Shown here: one piece after another, positions 33,295 to 48,603 of the stretch | Layout: each line of letters opens with the position of its first letter | Position numbering within the stretch: the first letter of the stretch is position 1 | From: Malacoraja senta | Taxonomy: Eukaryota | Length of the DNA: 64,000 nt | NCBI GenBank assembly: GCA_038087875.1 | Contig: CM075979.1 | Coordinates: 41,850,001 to 41,914,000 of the forward strand | Reading direction: 5' to 3' | Notes under the pieces: generated by a model | The model's database searches: none | Seen by the model: only the letters and a program-made list of their open reading frames with translations | Told to the model about the DNA's origin: nothing | Program-made: the position numbers and the translations under genes

Positions 33295-35624
33295 AATATC
33301 TTGGTTTCTATATGTGAATTATTGTATATTTCTCACTATGAAGTAACTGGATTATTATACAATGACTGATGAACAGTTTTCACTGCCCAGATACAATGTT
33401 TGTTGATGACGATGAATCTTCATGTTTTTATAACTCCCAAGCTTTACAGTAGCAATTTGGTGACTACCATCTTTGAATAAACTGAGACAGTTGGTTTGGG
33501 CCTCTTGAGTTGTTCTTCCATGGGGAAGGTGGATTAATATGTCTGAAAAAGGCAGATGCAGTAACCTGCTTCATCCATCTCTGTGTAGATGTCTGACCGA
33601 AAATACCACAAACAACAACAAAAATGTTCATAGCAATGGAAACTGTCAGGACAAAAGCAAGACCATCCCAATGATGAGTTACTCCCTTGATGGTAGCCTC
33701 TTTGCTAAGGCATGGAGTGTAAAACGGGTGCACTTTAACACACCCAAGAATAGTGCCTTTGCTATAAAGTCCAACAGAGTGAAGCAGGATGCCACAGCTG
33801 AGGTGAAAGGCCATCTTTCTTCCCACCATTGTAACTCTTCCTCCAAACTGAATTTGATAATTCTCACTTGGACTGTAGAATTATATTAAAAATAATGGAT
33901 GAGAGTGCCTTGAAGTACAATGATGACATATCAGTTATAGAATACTAGCATCATGGGCTCGGGCAGCATTTATTGTACAACCATCATTGCGGTTTGGAAG
34001 ATAGGGTGAGATAAGCTGCTACTTTGAAGTGGAGGCTGGAAGGTTAAAGTATTCCTCTCTTAATCATACATTAGTTGGGAAAGTTCATAAATGTTGTTGA
34101 AAATAATTGTTTCCTGGTAGTTGTGTGTGTGGTGGAAATGTTGGTTGGCACTTATCAGCTTTTCTGAATTTGTCCAGGTTTTGTTACACACTGACAGGGT
34201 CTGCTTCATTATCAGAACGATTGCAAGATCATGTGAATATTCTTCAACAAACATGCCCACTTGTGGTCATTGTATGAAGGGCAGATTTTTTATCAGATCG
34301 CTGAAACCCATTGAGTAAAACAAACTGCCCTGAGGCATTCTGCAGCAATGTTCTGACTGGGACAATTGATCGTCAAAAAATTAAACCTCTGTTGATATAC
34401 AAGGAGGAATGTCGCTTCGGAGGTGAAAGGAAGTACCAACATTTTAAATATCAGGATTAGCTGCTTAACATTAATTCTGTTCTTTTTATCAGCATATGAG
34501 GAAATGATTTCACAGATTTGGTTCAGCGTCAAATTGTACCATAGTTACAATTTACTCACCATTGCCACAATTGTCACTGGGGAACATGAGGTGAAGATAC
34601 AGAGAAGGAATATAAAGTAATAGCAGAGACCATGACAAAACTATTTGGCTTGGTGTAAGTTATAAAAAAAAGTTTGCTTGGTCTTTGCTAGATATTGAAA
34701 GTATTGTGACGATGTGGCAGTAAGAAGAGAGGCCAGGGGAGAAATCTACAAGGAGGTCCCAATCCTGTTGGTATTTTCAAGCAGTGGATGTGAGGATGCT
34801 GACAGCATTTGTTCTGACAAAATTAGTGGAAGGAAAAAAAGGCCAATGCAGAGAAGCAGAGCCACAAAAGCTCTGGCACTGGATCATTAAGACCAGAGAG
34901 TTAAAAGTGGGGATCAAAAATTGTGTCAGACAAATGGGTTGTAATTCATGGAGCAGTTGCATCCATACTGGGGAAGAAGGGAGCTGTTCTGTTGAAACAG
35001 GCTTCACCTGAATAGAGCAGGGACCAGTGTCCCAATGGAATGAAAAAAATCAGGCTACAGATAAAAGCTAAAATGAAATAGTGGAGAGGAGTGGGTGTCT
35101 TTTTGGGGGGGGGGGGGGGAGACAGAATAGACAATGAACAATGCGATGGTGTAAAATTACAAAACAGACCATGTAAATCAAGATCTCTCTGGATTTTTAA
35201 GCCTAAAGGTATTCCTCCAATCAGAAAGATAGCATGAACGTCAAAAGGCACTTTATCTGATCACGCATTCCAATTGCAACCAGCTATGTAAATAAATGCC
35301 ACACATAGAAACAAATGTGCACCCTCTAAGAGCCATTCTAGAATTATTCTAGTGGCCAAGGTGGGGAATTAAATATTCCAGGGTATTTAAGCAAAGCAGA
35401 AGACATTGGATGGAGTTTATATAGATCCCAAAGCATTAGAAGTAATCTTGGATATTGTATTAATCAGAAAATTGGAGATGTATGTAATAAGGATAACAAT
35501 TATTGCAGGCTATAAGCTACATATAGAATTAGCAAATTAAATTAGCAGTAAAATAATGGAGGATGAATTTGTGGACAATTAAATGCCAAATGGTACATAA
35601 TTTTGATAAATGTGTGCAGAAGAG

Positions 35625-35880
35625 ATTTAGATATATACAACACGGAAACAGGCCATTCAGCCCACCAAGTCCGTGCCATCCATTGACCTCCCTTTTACAC
35701 TAATCCTACAGTAAACCCATTTTTTATTCATCTACATACTGTATAGAGGCCAATTAATCTACGAACCCATGTGTCTTTGGGATGTGGGAGGAAGCTGGAG
35801 GACCTGGGAGAAACAAATGCAGTCACAGGGAGAAAGTACAAACGACACACAGATAGCATTTGAGGTCAGGATCAAACCCA
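35625..35880 (-). mobile_element. V-SINE (duplicated at ~46038-46293)
   Basis: ACACGGAAACAGGCCATTCAGCCCACC...GTCTTTGGGATGTGGGAGGAAGCTGGAG...GAGGTCAGGATCAAACCC. Confidence 0.8.
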
Positions 35881-38188
35881 GAACCCAGAGTTAATTATTT
35901 TTTTCACCAACTAGTAATCAAGACATGCAACTGCTTCCGCTGGTTTTATTTATCTGCTAAGAGAGAACATATTGAGAGATGACTGTAATAATGGGAGTAG
36001 CATTAATAAGTGGTAATTCATGCAGTAAACTGGTGGGAAAGAAAGGAAATTATAGCTGCACTCAGTTTTGCCCTGTATCTAGTCATTTTCTTTTCAAGAA
36101 GGGTCACGCAATAACTTCTAGGAGTGGGAGATACCTGCAGTTTTGGAATGTGCGGTATTGGAGCACCTCAGGAAGAGGCACAGAACATGGCTGAACCAAG
36201 AATTCCCCCTGTATAGGCCCTATTATAGAAATTTTCTCTGTCCTATATTTAAATTATAAAACAAACAAGCATTTAGATATAAATGCCTAGATTTAGGCTA
36301 CATACTGTAAATTACATTTAAGGATCAAAGTGGTTAATTCAGGAATGACCATTCTATAGTTATAATTTCTGATAAGGAAGGGTTAATGAATCTGGAGAAA
36401 CATTTTCAGGAGGGAAATGTAAGACTTTAGATGATGAAAATGGAATACAGCATTAGAAAAGGTTTCGACAAGCTGCCACATGGGAGGGATATACAAATAT
36501 AAGGGCTATAAAGAGGATGTAATTTTCAATTTGAACGTAGTAGCCAATTATGTTTCTCAAATACACTGTAAGTGCTATCTACCGTGATTCAATACTGGGG
36601 ATACCTGTTTGCTGTTCGTATCAATGAATTGAACAGAAACTCCAGAAAAATGGTACCAAAATTAGCAAGTTAATAGAGATTAGGATGATGCCATAAAAGG
36701 CTAATACAAACTGGAAAGAGATATCGATAAGTCGAGTCAAGAAATACATGTAATTTATTGATGAGAAGCATCACAAGGAGCATTTTGGTTATTATAGTTA
36801 GTAAAACTGATCACAGTGTAGTGAGAATCAAAGAAAGGCACAAAATGCTGGAGTAACTAGTCATCTAGTCAACTCTAGTCACTGGAGTAAGCAGCATATC
36901 TGGAGAACATGGATAGGTGTCATTTCGGGTCAGAACCCTTCTTCAGACAAATTGTTGAGAACCTATGTGGTTTTACTAGGCATTTCATATTTCCTGAAGT
37001 TATCCAAGATGACAAGTTAATAGCTGCCCTGTCAATTGGTCTTAAAGTCCAAAATCCAGAATCATTTCCATTGCACAGGGTTTACTTCAATGTACCACTC
37101 TCTATGGGATTCATCACATCTTTGTATGCAGAATGTAGTGACACTCAACCAGACTGACATTTGGACTAAAAACTAGAAGGCAATTTATTTAACATAGAAG
37201 TTAAATGAACAATATTCAGTACAAATAACGCCTATACAGTAATTTACAAACCTGCTACCCTTATCAATGTATCATAAAATTGACTTACTTTACCTTGCAA
37301 ATTAAAAGTCAAAGCTGTTTTGCACTTATTTTATCATTTGCTGGCCTGACAGATTGAAAAAGTCAAATTCTGACAGGCCATGATAAAGTCCCATGAATAC
37401 ATTCCAGCTAAAGAGCTGTCCATCAAAAACTTGCAATGAGTCAGTGAGTCATCCCCTTGTCAAAGGATCCACATCTCCAAGCATGACAACTGTAAATTCA
37501 AAATCATAATTCACTGCACTTCAATAATCTAGGATATTCTGACTTGAGATTATATATTAATGGTTCAGGTGAAAACACCCTTGTGTAGTCAATCTTCAAA
37601 ACACTGTCTAACAGTTTAATAACCATTATTCCATTCTGTTTTATAACTATTTTCTTTTGTACACCCAGAATCATGTTTAAGTGCGCATTAATGCCTGTAG
37701 ACTTCCAGCTTGTAATATATATTCTTGTACTTAATAGAGTACATTTTCATTTAAACCAGGTCAACTTTAATTGAACATATATAGCATAAATTTTAATTGA
37801 ACATACATAGCATATAATATCTTCACAGAATTAAAATCTATCAATAGAGATAAGCTTGTAAGCTTTCTCAATCTGTTCTTGTTATATATAATGTATTTGT
37901 GTTGTGAGAAATTCCATCAATTCCTTCACCAAAATCTCAGGAATAAGATCCAAGATTGCCGAGGTATTAGGAAACTAATCTTAACATTGACTATATAGTA
38001 ATGTAAAAAGCATGGTTCAAGTTCCAAGGATTGCTGTGGGTAAAGACTGCAAAAACTGTGAGAAAAGCTTTGGTCATACCAGTTGGGAGCTGAGCAACAT
38101 CACCTCTGGAATACACTTGTCAATAGATCAAGATTCCAGCATCTGCATTTGTTGTGTCTACTGGAAAAAAAATTGACACGTTTGAGCT

Positions 38189-38369
38189 TTAGCTACAGAA
38201 ATCTTCCTTTTGCCGTCGGGCAGCCCTCTCATCTGCCCGCAGTATGTTTTCATCAATGAATGAAAACAGCTCACTGGGTGTAACAGGTTGAATATAACGT
38301 TCCCTGTCAGTGCCATATTTGTCAATCAGGACAACATCAAAATGCCTATCGGATAAATAATAGACTTGT
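38189..38369 (-). CDS. SRPX2: SRPX2 last coding exon, distal duplicate copy
   Basis: Same translation as 48604-48784. It lies downstream of the first-encountered stop exon, so its use is uncertain. Confidence 0.6.
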
Positions 38370-38721
38370 CTGCAAAAGGAACAGAAAAGAAGCATGTTAA
38401 TAGGCTGAAAACATCTTTCAGAATTTATTAATGCAGAATTTACTTATGGTGCTTCTTGCAAAAAGATAGCAGATAATTTGAAAATTAACACATTTCTAAT
38501 AGAGAGTAGATTTTCCTCATTTGTATGTATTATACTTTACAAAATTAGGGAAATTCCTTACATTTAACAGTTGCTATGGTAAAGGTAGGTACACCTGCAT
38601 ATTAAGCCCAGACATCCTCATTTGTTTAGAAGTGGTGATTGAAACTTGGAATCTTCAGTCTGTGGACAAGATCTAAGCTGGCCATCATTCATAGTCCAAG
38701 TAATGGCAGTGTCTGTCATAC

Positions 38722-38843
38722 CTGAGTTCATCAGCCATTTCTGTAGAAAGCTGCTGCTCCTTTATGCGTCCTACTAGTTTTGGTGGATTTCCAATCAATT
38801 CGATTACTGTTATTTGCCACTGTTCAAATCCACAGGAAGCCTC
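38722..38843 (-). CDS. SRPX2: SRPX2 penultimate exon, distal duplicate copy
   Basis: Encodes EASCGFEQWQITVIELIGNPPKLVGRIKEQQLSTEMADELR. Duplicate of 49137-49258. Confidence 0.6.
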
Positions 38844-41327
38844 CTGATTGAGAACAGGAACAACATGCTCAGTTAGAGAGACTAATTAATAACATTATTT
38901 TACATAAAAACACTCACCTCTTCTGTTAATTCAACAATGAATCCCCAGTCTCTGTGTATGTAACATTTCATCAGTAGACACCATCTCTGGCAGTTACCCA
39001 GTATAGCAAATATTACCTTATTGTGATTATATAAAATATAAGCTTTAAACTGCTTTGAGATGTCTGTTGTATTTATAAATGCAAGGCATGACAGTCTGTA
39101 AAATTATACCTGTATATTCTCCATAAGCAATCACTTGAGATTGAGGATGAGTTGCATTCATTCCATTTCTGAGTTCTGAGGTGACTGTTGAGGGAAATAT
39201 TTGACTCACATACATTATCACAGGTGAGGCAGGAGGTGCTTGACAGGGCAGGTTGATTGATGCAGTTGGTTGATGGATAGTTAATGAGGTGATGCTGTCC
39301 TGCTGTTTCTGCCGGGCTCCTGCGTGCCTCCAATAAATGGACTGGAGGTTCTCAATGAAATCCCACATACATCGCCTTTATTTTGAGGAGTCGTAAATGA
39401 GGGATTCCCCATGGGTTGGTGGTAATGATACACTTTTTTCAAGGGAGTTTTGAGAACATCCTTGATTCTTTTCCCTTGAAATGATGGAACAGGGAATAGA
39501 ATGTCTGTTCACAAGTCCAGTATTGGAGTGAATCGGCACATTGAGGCCAACTGATTGTTCACAGGAACGTAGCGGTGAGGATGTATGTTTGCTTATCCTG
39601 TGAATGTATTTGGAGAATTTTGCAGAAACTACAAGTTTCTCTGGGGCTTTTAGGTGCTTGCTCTAAGCAGTTTAAGGAACCACTTTTTGGTAAAGACAAG
39701 TATTAATGATGAAATTGGCCATCACTTTCAACGTGGCAGCACAGCATTTAAGCAGAGTGAGTGTTTGAAAATCAAAATCTCTGGTCTGGCACAAAACTCA
39801 CTGGAAACACTGTATGTCCATTTCCCTCCACAGTTGTTGCCTAACCCACTGAGACCTGCCTTCAGCACTTTGTTTTTTGTTCAAGATTGCCACATCTGCA
39901 GTCTCTTGTGACTCCATTGCTCAATAGCCATGTGCCACTGTTGCTCCTATTTTACCAGCTAAAAATCATCTACTTGCTGTAAATTTGGGAAGTTGCTAAA
40001 TCCTGTTCTTGAAACAATTTTTCTGAGGTTCCAGGCAGTATAGAACCATGTGGAACTCCAAGGAGACGCTGATAATTGGTTCCACCAGACCTTTACCATA
40101 CCTCTCATGTTTAATCTTTCTAACATATTACTGCCTTCCATCTACCCTCTCATTACACAACATTTTCTCACACCATAAGTACAAAGACCTTTACTGGAAA
40201 TCTGAAATATTAAAAAAAATGCTGGAAACACTCAGCAGGTCTGGTGGTTTCTGGAGAAAGAGGAACTGAGATAACATTTCAGTTCTGAGATATTTTGTCA
40301 GAACTGGGCACAAAACTCAATTATAATTTACAGTAAGAGTGGGGAAATAATGGCAAGACTAAAGGATACCTGGTAAGATCCTAAGATGGTCATAAATGAC
40401 ACACAGGTCCCTATGAAAATAGCGTCTTCTAGCCTTTTTCCATGGAGTCTCCAGTTCTGTCCAAGCTGCTTCTGAGCCCTGGTCTGGAGCTCCAACTTAC
40501 ACATCACACCCAATATACTACATATGAATGAGGTAAGCAGGTTTGAGTGCAGAAATTTCAGTTGATCTTATCTAAAGTCTATGACTCTATGTGGTCAATG
40601 TAAGCTGGTTTTAGAACTGTGGTCATCATAGCATGATCTGCAACAGATGGCAGAAAGTTGAGCAAAATCTACGAGTGCATAGAAATCAAAACAATGACAA
40701 TCTGGTCTCTGTTGTGACTGATATAACAATTGATCTGAAGTGGATCATTATGACTTAATTACTCCCAGTAAGACTCAAAATGTACAAGGAATTATAATAT
40801 CATTTATGCACCCCTTGCAAGTCATTTACACAAGCATAAAACTTAATAGGAAGTACCCAACCTAGCAAATTGAGTTGTTCAATTTAGACAGAAAACCCAG
40901 TGGGAAACAAACAGCACAGTGCTACAGAATTTCAAGTCAGTAATGTTTAACTTTACAAACAATATTTTGCTGCATGTTTGTTTGAAAGCCTCAGATTAGA
41001 CCTTTCATTTATTTGATACTTTTCTCCAATTTCACAAAGTATGGAAGAAAGGAACAGGGCAGAGCAAATATTTGACCAGAACCACTGACTTCCTTACAAT
41101 CACAAGTTTTTCAAAATGCATTTCGTAATCCTGAAAAATTATTTGGCAAATGGGTGGCTTGAGAAGACACAACAAAGCATATCACTCACAGATAACCCAT
41201 TTTGAATTCCAAATAGACACACATTTGTGTAAGTGCAATTTACAATTATTATTAGGGATTCGTTCCATGTAAAGAACAGCCAGAAATCTCAGAGGCAATG
41301 TTGACTTTCAGATATCCATTTACTGAC

Positions 41328-41461
41328 CTGAAGATAGGTCATCTGCATCCTGTAGTATCTATCAGATGGGCTTGGGGAGGAAATGATGAGGAGACGCTGC
41401 ATTTCATAAAACTGATCCAAGAGAGCAGCCACTGAATTCACATCAACGTTAATCTGAATTC
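41328..41461 (-). CDS. SRPX2: SRPX2 third-from-last exon, distal duplicate copy
   Basis: Encodes [44 protein letters not shown]. Duplicate of 51743-51876. Confidence 0.6.
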
Positions 41462-44400
41462 CTGCAATTATATTAAGGAAGCAATATGTTGCCATCAGAC
41501 TTCATTCATTGCATGTTTCATCGTTTTCCAGGAGGCACGCTAAATAAACTGTAAGGGGAGAGAGTGTGCAAGGCTGTCTTTTTCTAATGTTGGTTACACA
41601 TTATCAATGCTCTGGTAATATTTGTGCTGAATATCCTTGGTTTATGTAGCTGGAAAGGTTTAGCATTGGTACAATTGAAACACATTTCTGCCTTTGTCAT
41701 TAAAAATCACAACATTTTCCACCCTTGACGACTACAAACCTGCCTCTGCACTCTTGTTATTCCAGTTAAAACTTTCACTGAATTGATCAATGGCAAGATA
41801 AACCAAATCATACCCATATTTAGAAGTAAAATCTCAATTCAAGTGCTCCTGGGGAAGTCCTGGGAGATAGGAGCTGACATGAAAATGGCAAGAAAAATAC
41901 TGACTTAGAGAACTTGACCAAGGTGAAGCGAATCTATAAAGCACGACAGGAACATTACATTACAAGGAAGCCTGGCAGAACATAGTCGAAGATTGGCAAG
42001 GGGGGAGTCATCAGGAGTCCAAAGCCTTCCGCAGTAGCAGAGAGACATTGTGATTGGACAGTTATTTTTACCACTACAGCACCAGGCTGAGATTTGCTCT
42101 GGCAATCATTTTAAATCTGCTCACTGGCTTCCTTCTCAACTGCATGTTGAACAGGAGACAAATCCTTTTGAAATGAGATTGCAGAAAACATGTTTTGTTC
42201 GGGAAGCAGGATTGCAGTAGAAAGAAAGTCACTTTGTGGGAAACTTTCAGCTGTCATTCATCAGAAAAATGGAAGATCAACAGAGAACAATCCAGTGGTG
42301 CCCATGTGCGCACAGTTCAATATCTAGGTGGCTTTGAAACAAGTCATTTGCACTTCTGGCCAAATTCAATGATGCCGAGAGCATCTGGCCCTGTCCTCAG
42401 CAGCGCCATCTGCTGGATACCTTCAGAAGGCTTTGAATTGCTCTTCAGGTTTAGTTTAATTTAATTTAGAGACAGAACATGGAAACATTCTGTTCGAGTC
42501 CATGCTGACCATCGATAGCCCGTTCTATGTTATCCCATCTTCTCATTTACTCCTTAAACACCAGGGTTAATCTTACAGAGGCCAATTAACCTATAAACCT
42601 GCACGTCTTTGGGATGTGGGAGAAAACCAGAACATCTGCAGGAAACCCACCTGTAGTATTTCATGAGCCATGGTACAATAACTGTGGTTAATATTACTGT
42701 AAGAACACTATTAACTGACCTTAAAGGTATCAATTACGGATCAACTACTATGTAAGGCAGTTTTGTGCCCTTCACATACACAAAAATGATCAAGCTTATA
42801 ACTGAGCATGAATGAGTCAAATAGTAAGTGAACTTTTAAAATTGGCCACGAGTAGAAGAAAACCAATGGAATCAGAGAAGAGTAAGAGTAAAAAAGGAAG
42901 TAATTTAACCGATCATGTCCTGCACCAATACGTACACTTGACCTACCTCATTCTCAAGAAGCATAACTAATTCTTCTTTTCTTGATGGATTAGAAATGTA
43001 GTGTTCTGGACATATTGGAAATTCTTTCAGCCTTTCTGCTCTTAGCACTATCCCAGTTTTCCTTGGGATGATTTAAATTTTCCAATATAACAACCAAATT
43101 ATTTTTCCACCTTGGTAATCTCTCTGTATACAGTATTTGCTCTTCCACGTCACACTCACTTGTTGGAGGAGGAATTAGAAACATAGAAGATCGGCCCTTC
43201 GAGCCAGCACCACCATCAATATTATCATGGCTGATCATCCAAAATCAGTACCCCATTCCTGCTTTTTCCCCATATACCTTGATTCCTTTAGCCTTAAGAG
43301 CTTAATCTAAACTATCTCTTGAAAACATCCAGTGAATTGCCCTCCACTGCCATCTGTGGCAGGGAATTCCACAGATTATTCACACAGACTCAAACAGATG
43401 AAGTGTAATTTGGCTACAGTAATGCTAGTTGGGATATAACTATGTTTTCTTCTCTGAACCTCTGTGGTTTTGATGTGCATAAACATTGCAGAGCTTTGAA
43501 AAGGAGCACATTTGTCCCATTGAATGTGGATTCATCCCCAAAAGCTTTAAGAAATGTCCATGTTCATGTCATTGATGCTGTGGAGCACCAAATCTGAATG
43601 GAAAATTCATATTTATTCTGAATTCAATGAAAGATGTATATAAGGAAATTGAAATTTGACAGAGGGGTGTAATTGCACTTTATATTGTATGCATATTTTT
43701 AAATAAAAATATCTTGGTTTCTATATGTGAATTATTGTATATTTCTCACTATGAAGTAACTGGATTATTATACAATGACTGATGAACAGTTTTCACTGCC
43801 CAGATACAATGTTTGTTGATGACGATGAATCTTCATGTTTTTATAACTCCCAAGCTTTACAGTAGCAATTTGGTGACTACCATCTTTGAATAAACTGAGA
43901 CAGTTGGTTTGGGCCTCTTGAGTTGTTCTTCCATGGGGAAGGTGGATTAATATGTCTGAAAAAGGCAGATGCAGTAACCTGCTTCATCCATCTCTGTGTA
44001 GATGTCTGACCGAAAATACCACAAACAACAACAAAAATGTTCATAGCAATGGAAACTGTCAGGACAAAAGCAAGACCATCCCAATGATGAGTTACTCCCT
44101 TGATGGTAGCCTCTTTGCTAAGGCATGGAGTGTAAAACGGGTGCACTTTAACACACCCAAGAATAGTGCCTTTGCTATAAAGTCCAACAGAGTGAAGCAG
44201 GATGCCACAGCTGAGGTGAAAGGCCATCTTTCTTCCCACCATTGTAACTCTTCCTCCAAACTGAATTTGATAATTCTCACTTGGACTGTAGAATTATATT
44301 AAAAATAATGGATGAGAGTGCCTTGAAGTACAATGATGACATATCAGTTATAGAATACTAGCATCATGGGCTCGGGCAGCATTTATTGTACAACCATCAT

Positions 44401-47400
44401 TGCGGTTTGGAAGATAGGGTGAGATAAGCTGCTACTTTGAAGTGGAGGCTGGAAGGTTAAAGTATTCCTCTCTTAATCATACATTAGTTGGGAAAGTTCA
44501 TAAATGTTGTTGAAAATAATTGTTTCCTGGTAGTTGTGTGTGTGGTGGAAATGTTGGTTGGCACTTATCAGCTTTTCTGAATTTGTCCAGGTTTTGTTAC
44601 ACACTGACAGGGTCTGCTTCATTATCAGAACGATTGCAAGATCATGTGAATATTCTTCAACAAACATGCCCACTTGTGGTCATTGTATGAAGGGCAGATT
44701 TTTTATCAGATCGCTGAAACCCATTGAGTAAAACAAACTGCCCTGAGGCATTCTGCAGCAATGTTCTGACTGGGACAATTGATCGTCAAAAAATTAAACC
44801 TCTGTTGATATACAAGGAGGAATGTCGCTTCGGAGGTGAAAGGAAGTACCAACATTTTAAATATCAGGATTAGCTGCTTAACATTAATTCTGTTCTTTTT
44901 ATCAGCATATGAGGAAATGATTTCACAGATTTGGTTCAGCGTCAAATTGTACCATAGTTACAATTTACTCACCATTGCCACAATTGTCACTGGGGAACAT
45001 GAGGTGAAGATACAGAGAAGGAATATAAAGTAATAGCAGAGACCATGACAAAACTATTTGGCTTGGTGTAAGTTATAAAAAAAAGTTTGCTTGGTCTTTG
45101 CTAGATATTGAAAGTATTGTGACGATGTGGCAGTAAGAAGAGAGGCCAGGGGAGAAATCTACAAGGAGGTCCCAATCCTGTTGGTATTTTCAAGCAGTGG
45201 ATGTGAGGATGCTGACAGCATTTGTTCTGACAAAATTAGTGGAAGGAAAAAAAGGCCAATGCAGAGAAGCAGAGCCACAAAAGCTCTGGCACTGGATCAT
45301 TAAGACCAGAGAGTTAAAAGTGGGGATCAAAAATTGTGTCAGACAAATGGGTTGTAATTCATGGAGCAGTTGCATCCATACTGGGGAAGAAGGGAGCTGT
45401 TCTGTTGAAACAGGCTTCACCTGAATAGAGCAGGGACCAGTGTCCCAATGGAATGAAAAAAATCAGGCTACAGATAAAAGCTAAAATGAAATAGTGGAGA
45501 GGAGTGGGTGTCTTTTTGGGGGGGGGGGGGGGAGACAGAATAGACAATGAACAATGCGATGGTGTAAAATTACAAAACAGACCATGTAAATCAAGATCTC
45601 TCTGGATTTTTAAGCCTAAAGGTATTCCTCCAATCAGAAAGATAGCATGAACGTCAAAAGGCACTTTATCTGATCACGCATTCCAATTGCAACCAGCTAT
45701 GTAAATAAATGCCACACATAGAAACAAATGTGCACCCTCTAAGAGCCATTCTAGAATTATTCTAGTGGCCAAGGTGGGGAATTAAATATTCCAGGGTATT
45801 TAAGCAAAGCAGAAGACATTGGATGGAGTTTATATAGATCCCAAAGCATTAGAAGTAATCTTGGATATTGTATTAATCAGAAAATTGGAGATGTATGTAA
45901 TAAGGATAACAATTATTGCAGGCTATAAGCTACATATAGAATTAGCAAATTAAATTAGCAGTAAAATAATGGAGGATGAATTTGTGGACAATTAAATGCC
46001 AAATGGTACATAATTTTGATAAATGTGTGCAGAAGAGATTTAGATATATACAACACGGAAACAGGCCATTCAGCCCACCAAGTCCGTGCCATCCATTGAC
46101 CTCCCTTTTACACTAATCCTACAGTAAACCCATTTTTTATTCATCTACATACTGTATAGAGGCCAATTAATCTACGAACCCATGTGTCTTTGGGATGTGG
46201 GAGGAAGCTGGAGGACCTGGGAGAAACAAATGCAGTCACAGGGAGAAAGTACAAACGACACACAGATAGCATTTGAGGTCAGGATCAAACCCAGAACCCA
46301 GAGTTAATTATTTTTTTCACCAACTAGTAATCAAGACATGCAACTGCTTCCGCTGGTTTTATTTATCTGCTAAGAGAGAACATATTGAGAGATGACTGTA
46401 ATAATGGGAGTAGCATTAATAAGTGGTAATTCATGCAGTAAACTGGTGGGAAAGAAAGGAAATTATAGCTGCACTCAGTTTTGCCCTGTATCTAGTCATT
46501 TTCTTTTCAAGAAGGGTCACGCAATAACTTCTAGGAGTGGGAGATACCTGCAGTTTTGGAATGTGCGGTATTGGAGCACCTCAGGAAGAGGCACAGAACA
46601 TGGCTGAACCAAGAATTCCCCCTGTATAGGCCCTATTATAGAAATTTTCTCTGTCCTATATTTAAATTATAAAACAAACAAGCATTTAGATATAAATGCC
46701 TAGATTTAGGCTACATACTGTAAATTACATTTAAGGATCAAAGTGGTTAATTCAGGAATGACCATTCTATAGTTATAATTTCTGATAAGGAAGGGTTAAT
46801 GAATCTGGAGAAACATTTTCAGGAGGGAAATGTAAGACTTTAGATGATGAAAATGGAATACAGCATTAGAAAAGGTTTCGACAAGCTGCCACATGGGAGG
46901 GATATACAAATATAAGGGCTATAAAGAGGATGTAATTTTCAATTTGAACGTAGTAGCCAATTATGTTTCTCAAATACACTGTAAGTGCTATCTACCGTGA
47001 TTCAATACTGGGGATACCTGTTTGCTGTTCGTATCAATGAATTGAACAGAAACTCCAGAAAAATGGTACCAAAATTAGCAAGTTAATAGAGATTAGGATG
47101 ATGCCATAAAAGGCTAATACAAACTGGAAAGAGATATCGATAAGTCGAGTCAAGAAATACATGTAATTTATTGATGAGAAGCATCACAAGGAGCATTTTG
47201 GTTATTATAGTTAGTAAAACTGATCACAGTGTAGTGAGAATCAAAGAAAGGCACAAAATGCTGGAGTAACTCTAGTCATCTAGTCAACTCTAGTCACTGG
47301 AGTAAGCAGCATATCTGGAGAACATGGATAGGTGTCATTTCGGGTCAGAACCCTTCTTCAGACAAATTGTTGAGAACCTATGTGGTTTTACTAGGCATTT

Positions 47401-48603
47401 CATATTTCCTGAAGTTATCCAAGATGACAAGTTAATAGCTGCCCTGTCAATTGGTCTTAAAGTCCAAAATCCAGAATCATTTCCATTGCACAGGGTTTAC
47501 TTCAATGTACCACTCTCTATGGGATTCATCACATCTTTGTATGCAGAATGTAGTGACACTCAACCAGACTGACATTTGGACTAAAAACTAGAAGGCAATT
47601 TATTTAACATAGAAGTTAAATGAACAATATTCAGTACAAATAACGCCTATACAGTAATTTACAAACCTGCTACCCTTATCAATGTATCATAAAATTGACT
47701 TACTTTACCTTGCAAATTAAAAGTCAAAGCTGTTTTGCACTTATTTTATCATTTGCTGGCCTGACAGATTGAAAAAGTCAAATTCTGACAGGCCATGATA
47801 AAGTCCCATGAATACATTCCAGCTAAAGAGCTGTCCATCAAAAACTTGCAATGAGTCAGTGAGTCATCCCCTTGTCAAAGGATCCACATCTCCAAGCATG
47901 ACAACTGTAAATTCAAAATCATAATTCACTGCACTTCAATAATCTAGGATATTCTGACTTGAGATTATATATTAATGGTTCAGGTGAAAACACCCTTGTG
48001 TAGTCAATCTTCAAAACACTGTCTAACAGTTTAATAACCATTATTCCATTCTGTTTTATAACTATTTTCTTTTGTACACCCAGAATCATGTTTAAGTGCG
48101 CATTAATGCCTGTAGACTTCCAGCTTGTAATATATATTCTTGTACTTAATAGAGTACATTTTCATTTAAACCAGGTCAACTTTAATTGAACATATATAGC
48201 ATAAATTTTAATTGAACATACATAGCATATAATATCTTCACAGAATTAAAATCTATCAATAGAGATAAGCTTGTAAGCTTTCTCAATCTGTTCTTGTTAT
48301 ATATAATGTATTTGTGTTGTGAGAAATTCCATCAATTCCTTCACCAAAATCTCAGGAATAAGATCCAAGATTGCCGAGGTATTAGGAAACTAATCTTAAC
48401 ATTGACTATATAGTAATGTAAAAAGCATGGTTCAAGTTCCAAGGATTGCTGTGGGTAAAGACTGCAAAAACTGTGAGAAAAGCTTTGGTCATACCAGTTG
48501 GGAGCTGAGCAACATCACCTCTGGAATACACTTGTCAATAGATCAAGATTCCAGCATCTGCATTTGTTGTGTCTACTGGAAAAAAAATGGACACGTTTGA
48601 GCT

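Larger units (their letters stand above)
32238..42650. repeat. Tandem segmental duplication, copy 1 (10,413 bp)
   Basis: Sequence and ORF track repeat at offset 10413, then 10415. Begins CTGTAGTATTTCATGAGCC and ends GGAAACCCAC. Confidence 0.97.

Noticed and set aside
33464-33889. Overlapping 116-121 aa ORFs (repeated at 43877-44302)
   Set aside because: No recognisable domain or splice context. The recurrence is explained by the tandem duplication.
38189-41461. A second complete SRPX2 paralog
   Set aside because: Only the last three exons are duplicated, with no promoter or upstream exons. Joining the proximal penultimate exon (phase 2) to the first duplicated exon (phase 1) would frameshift.
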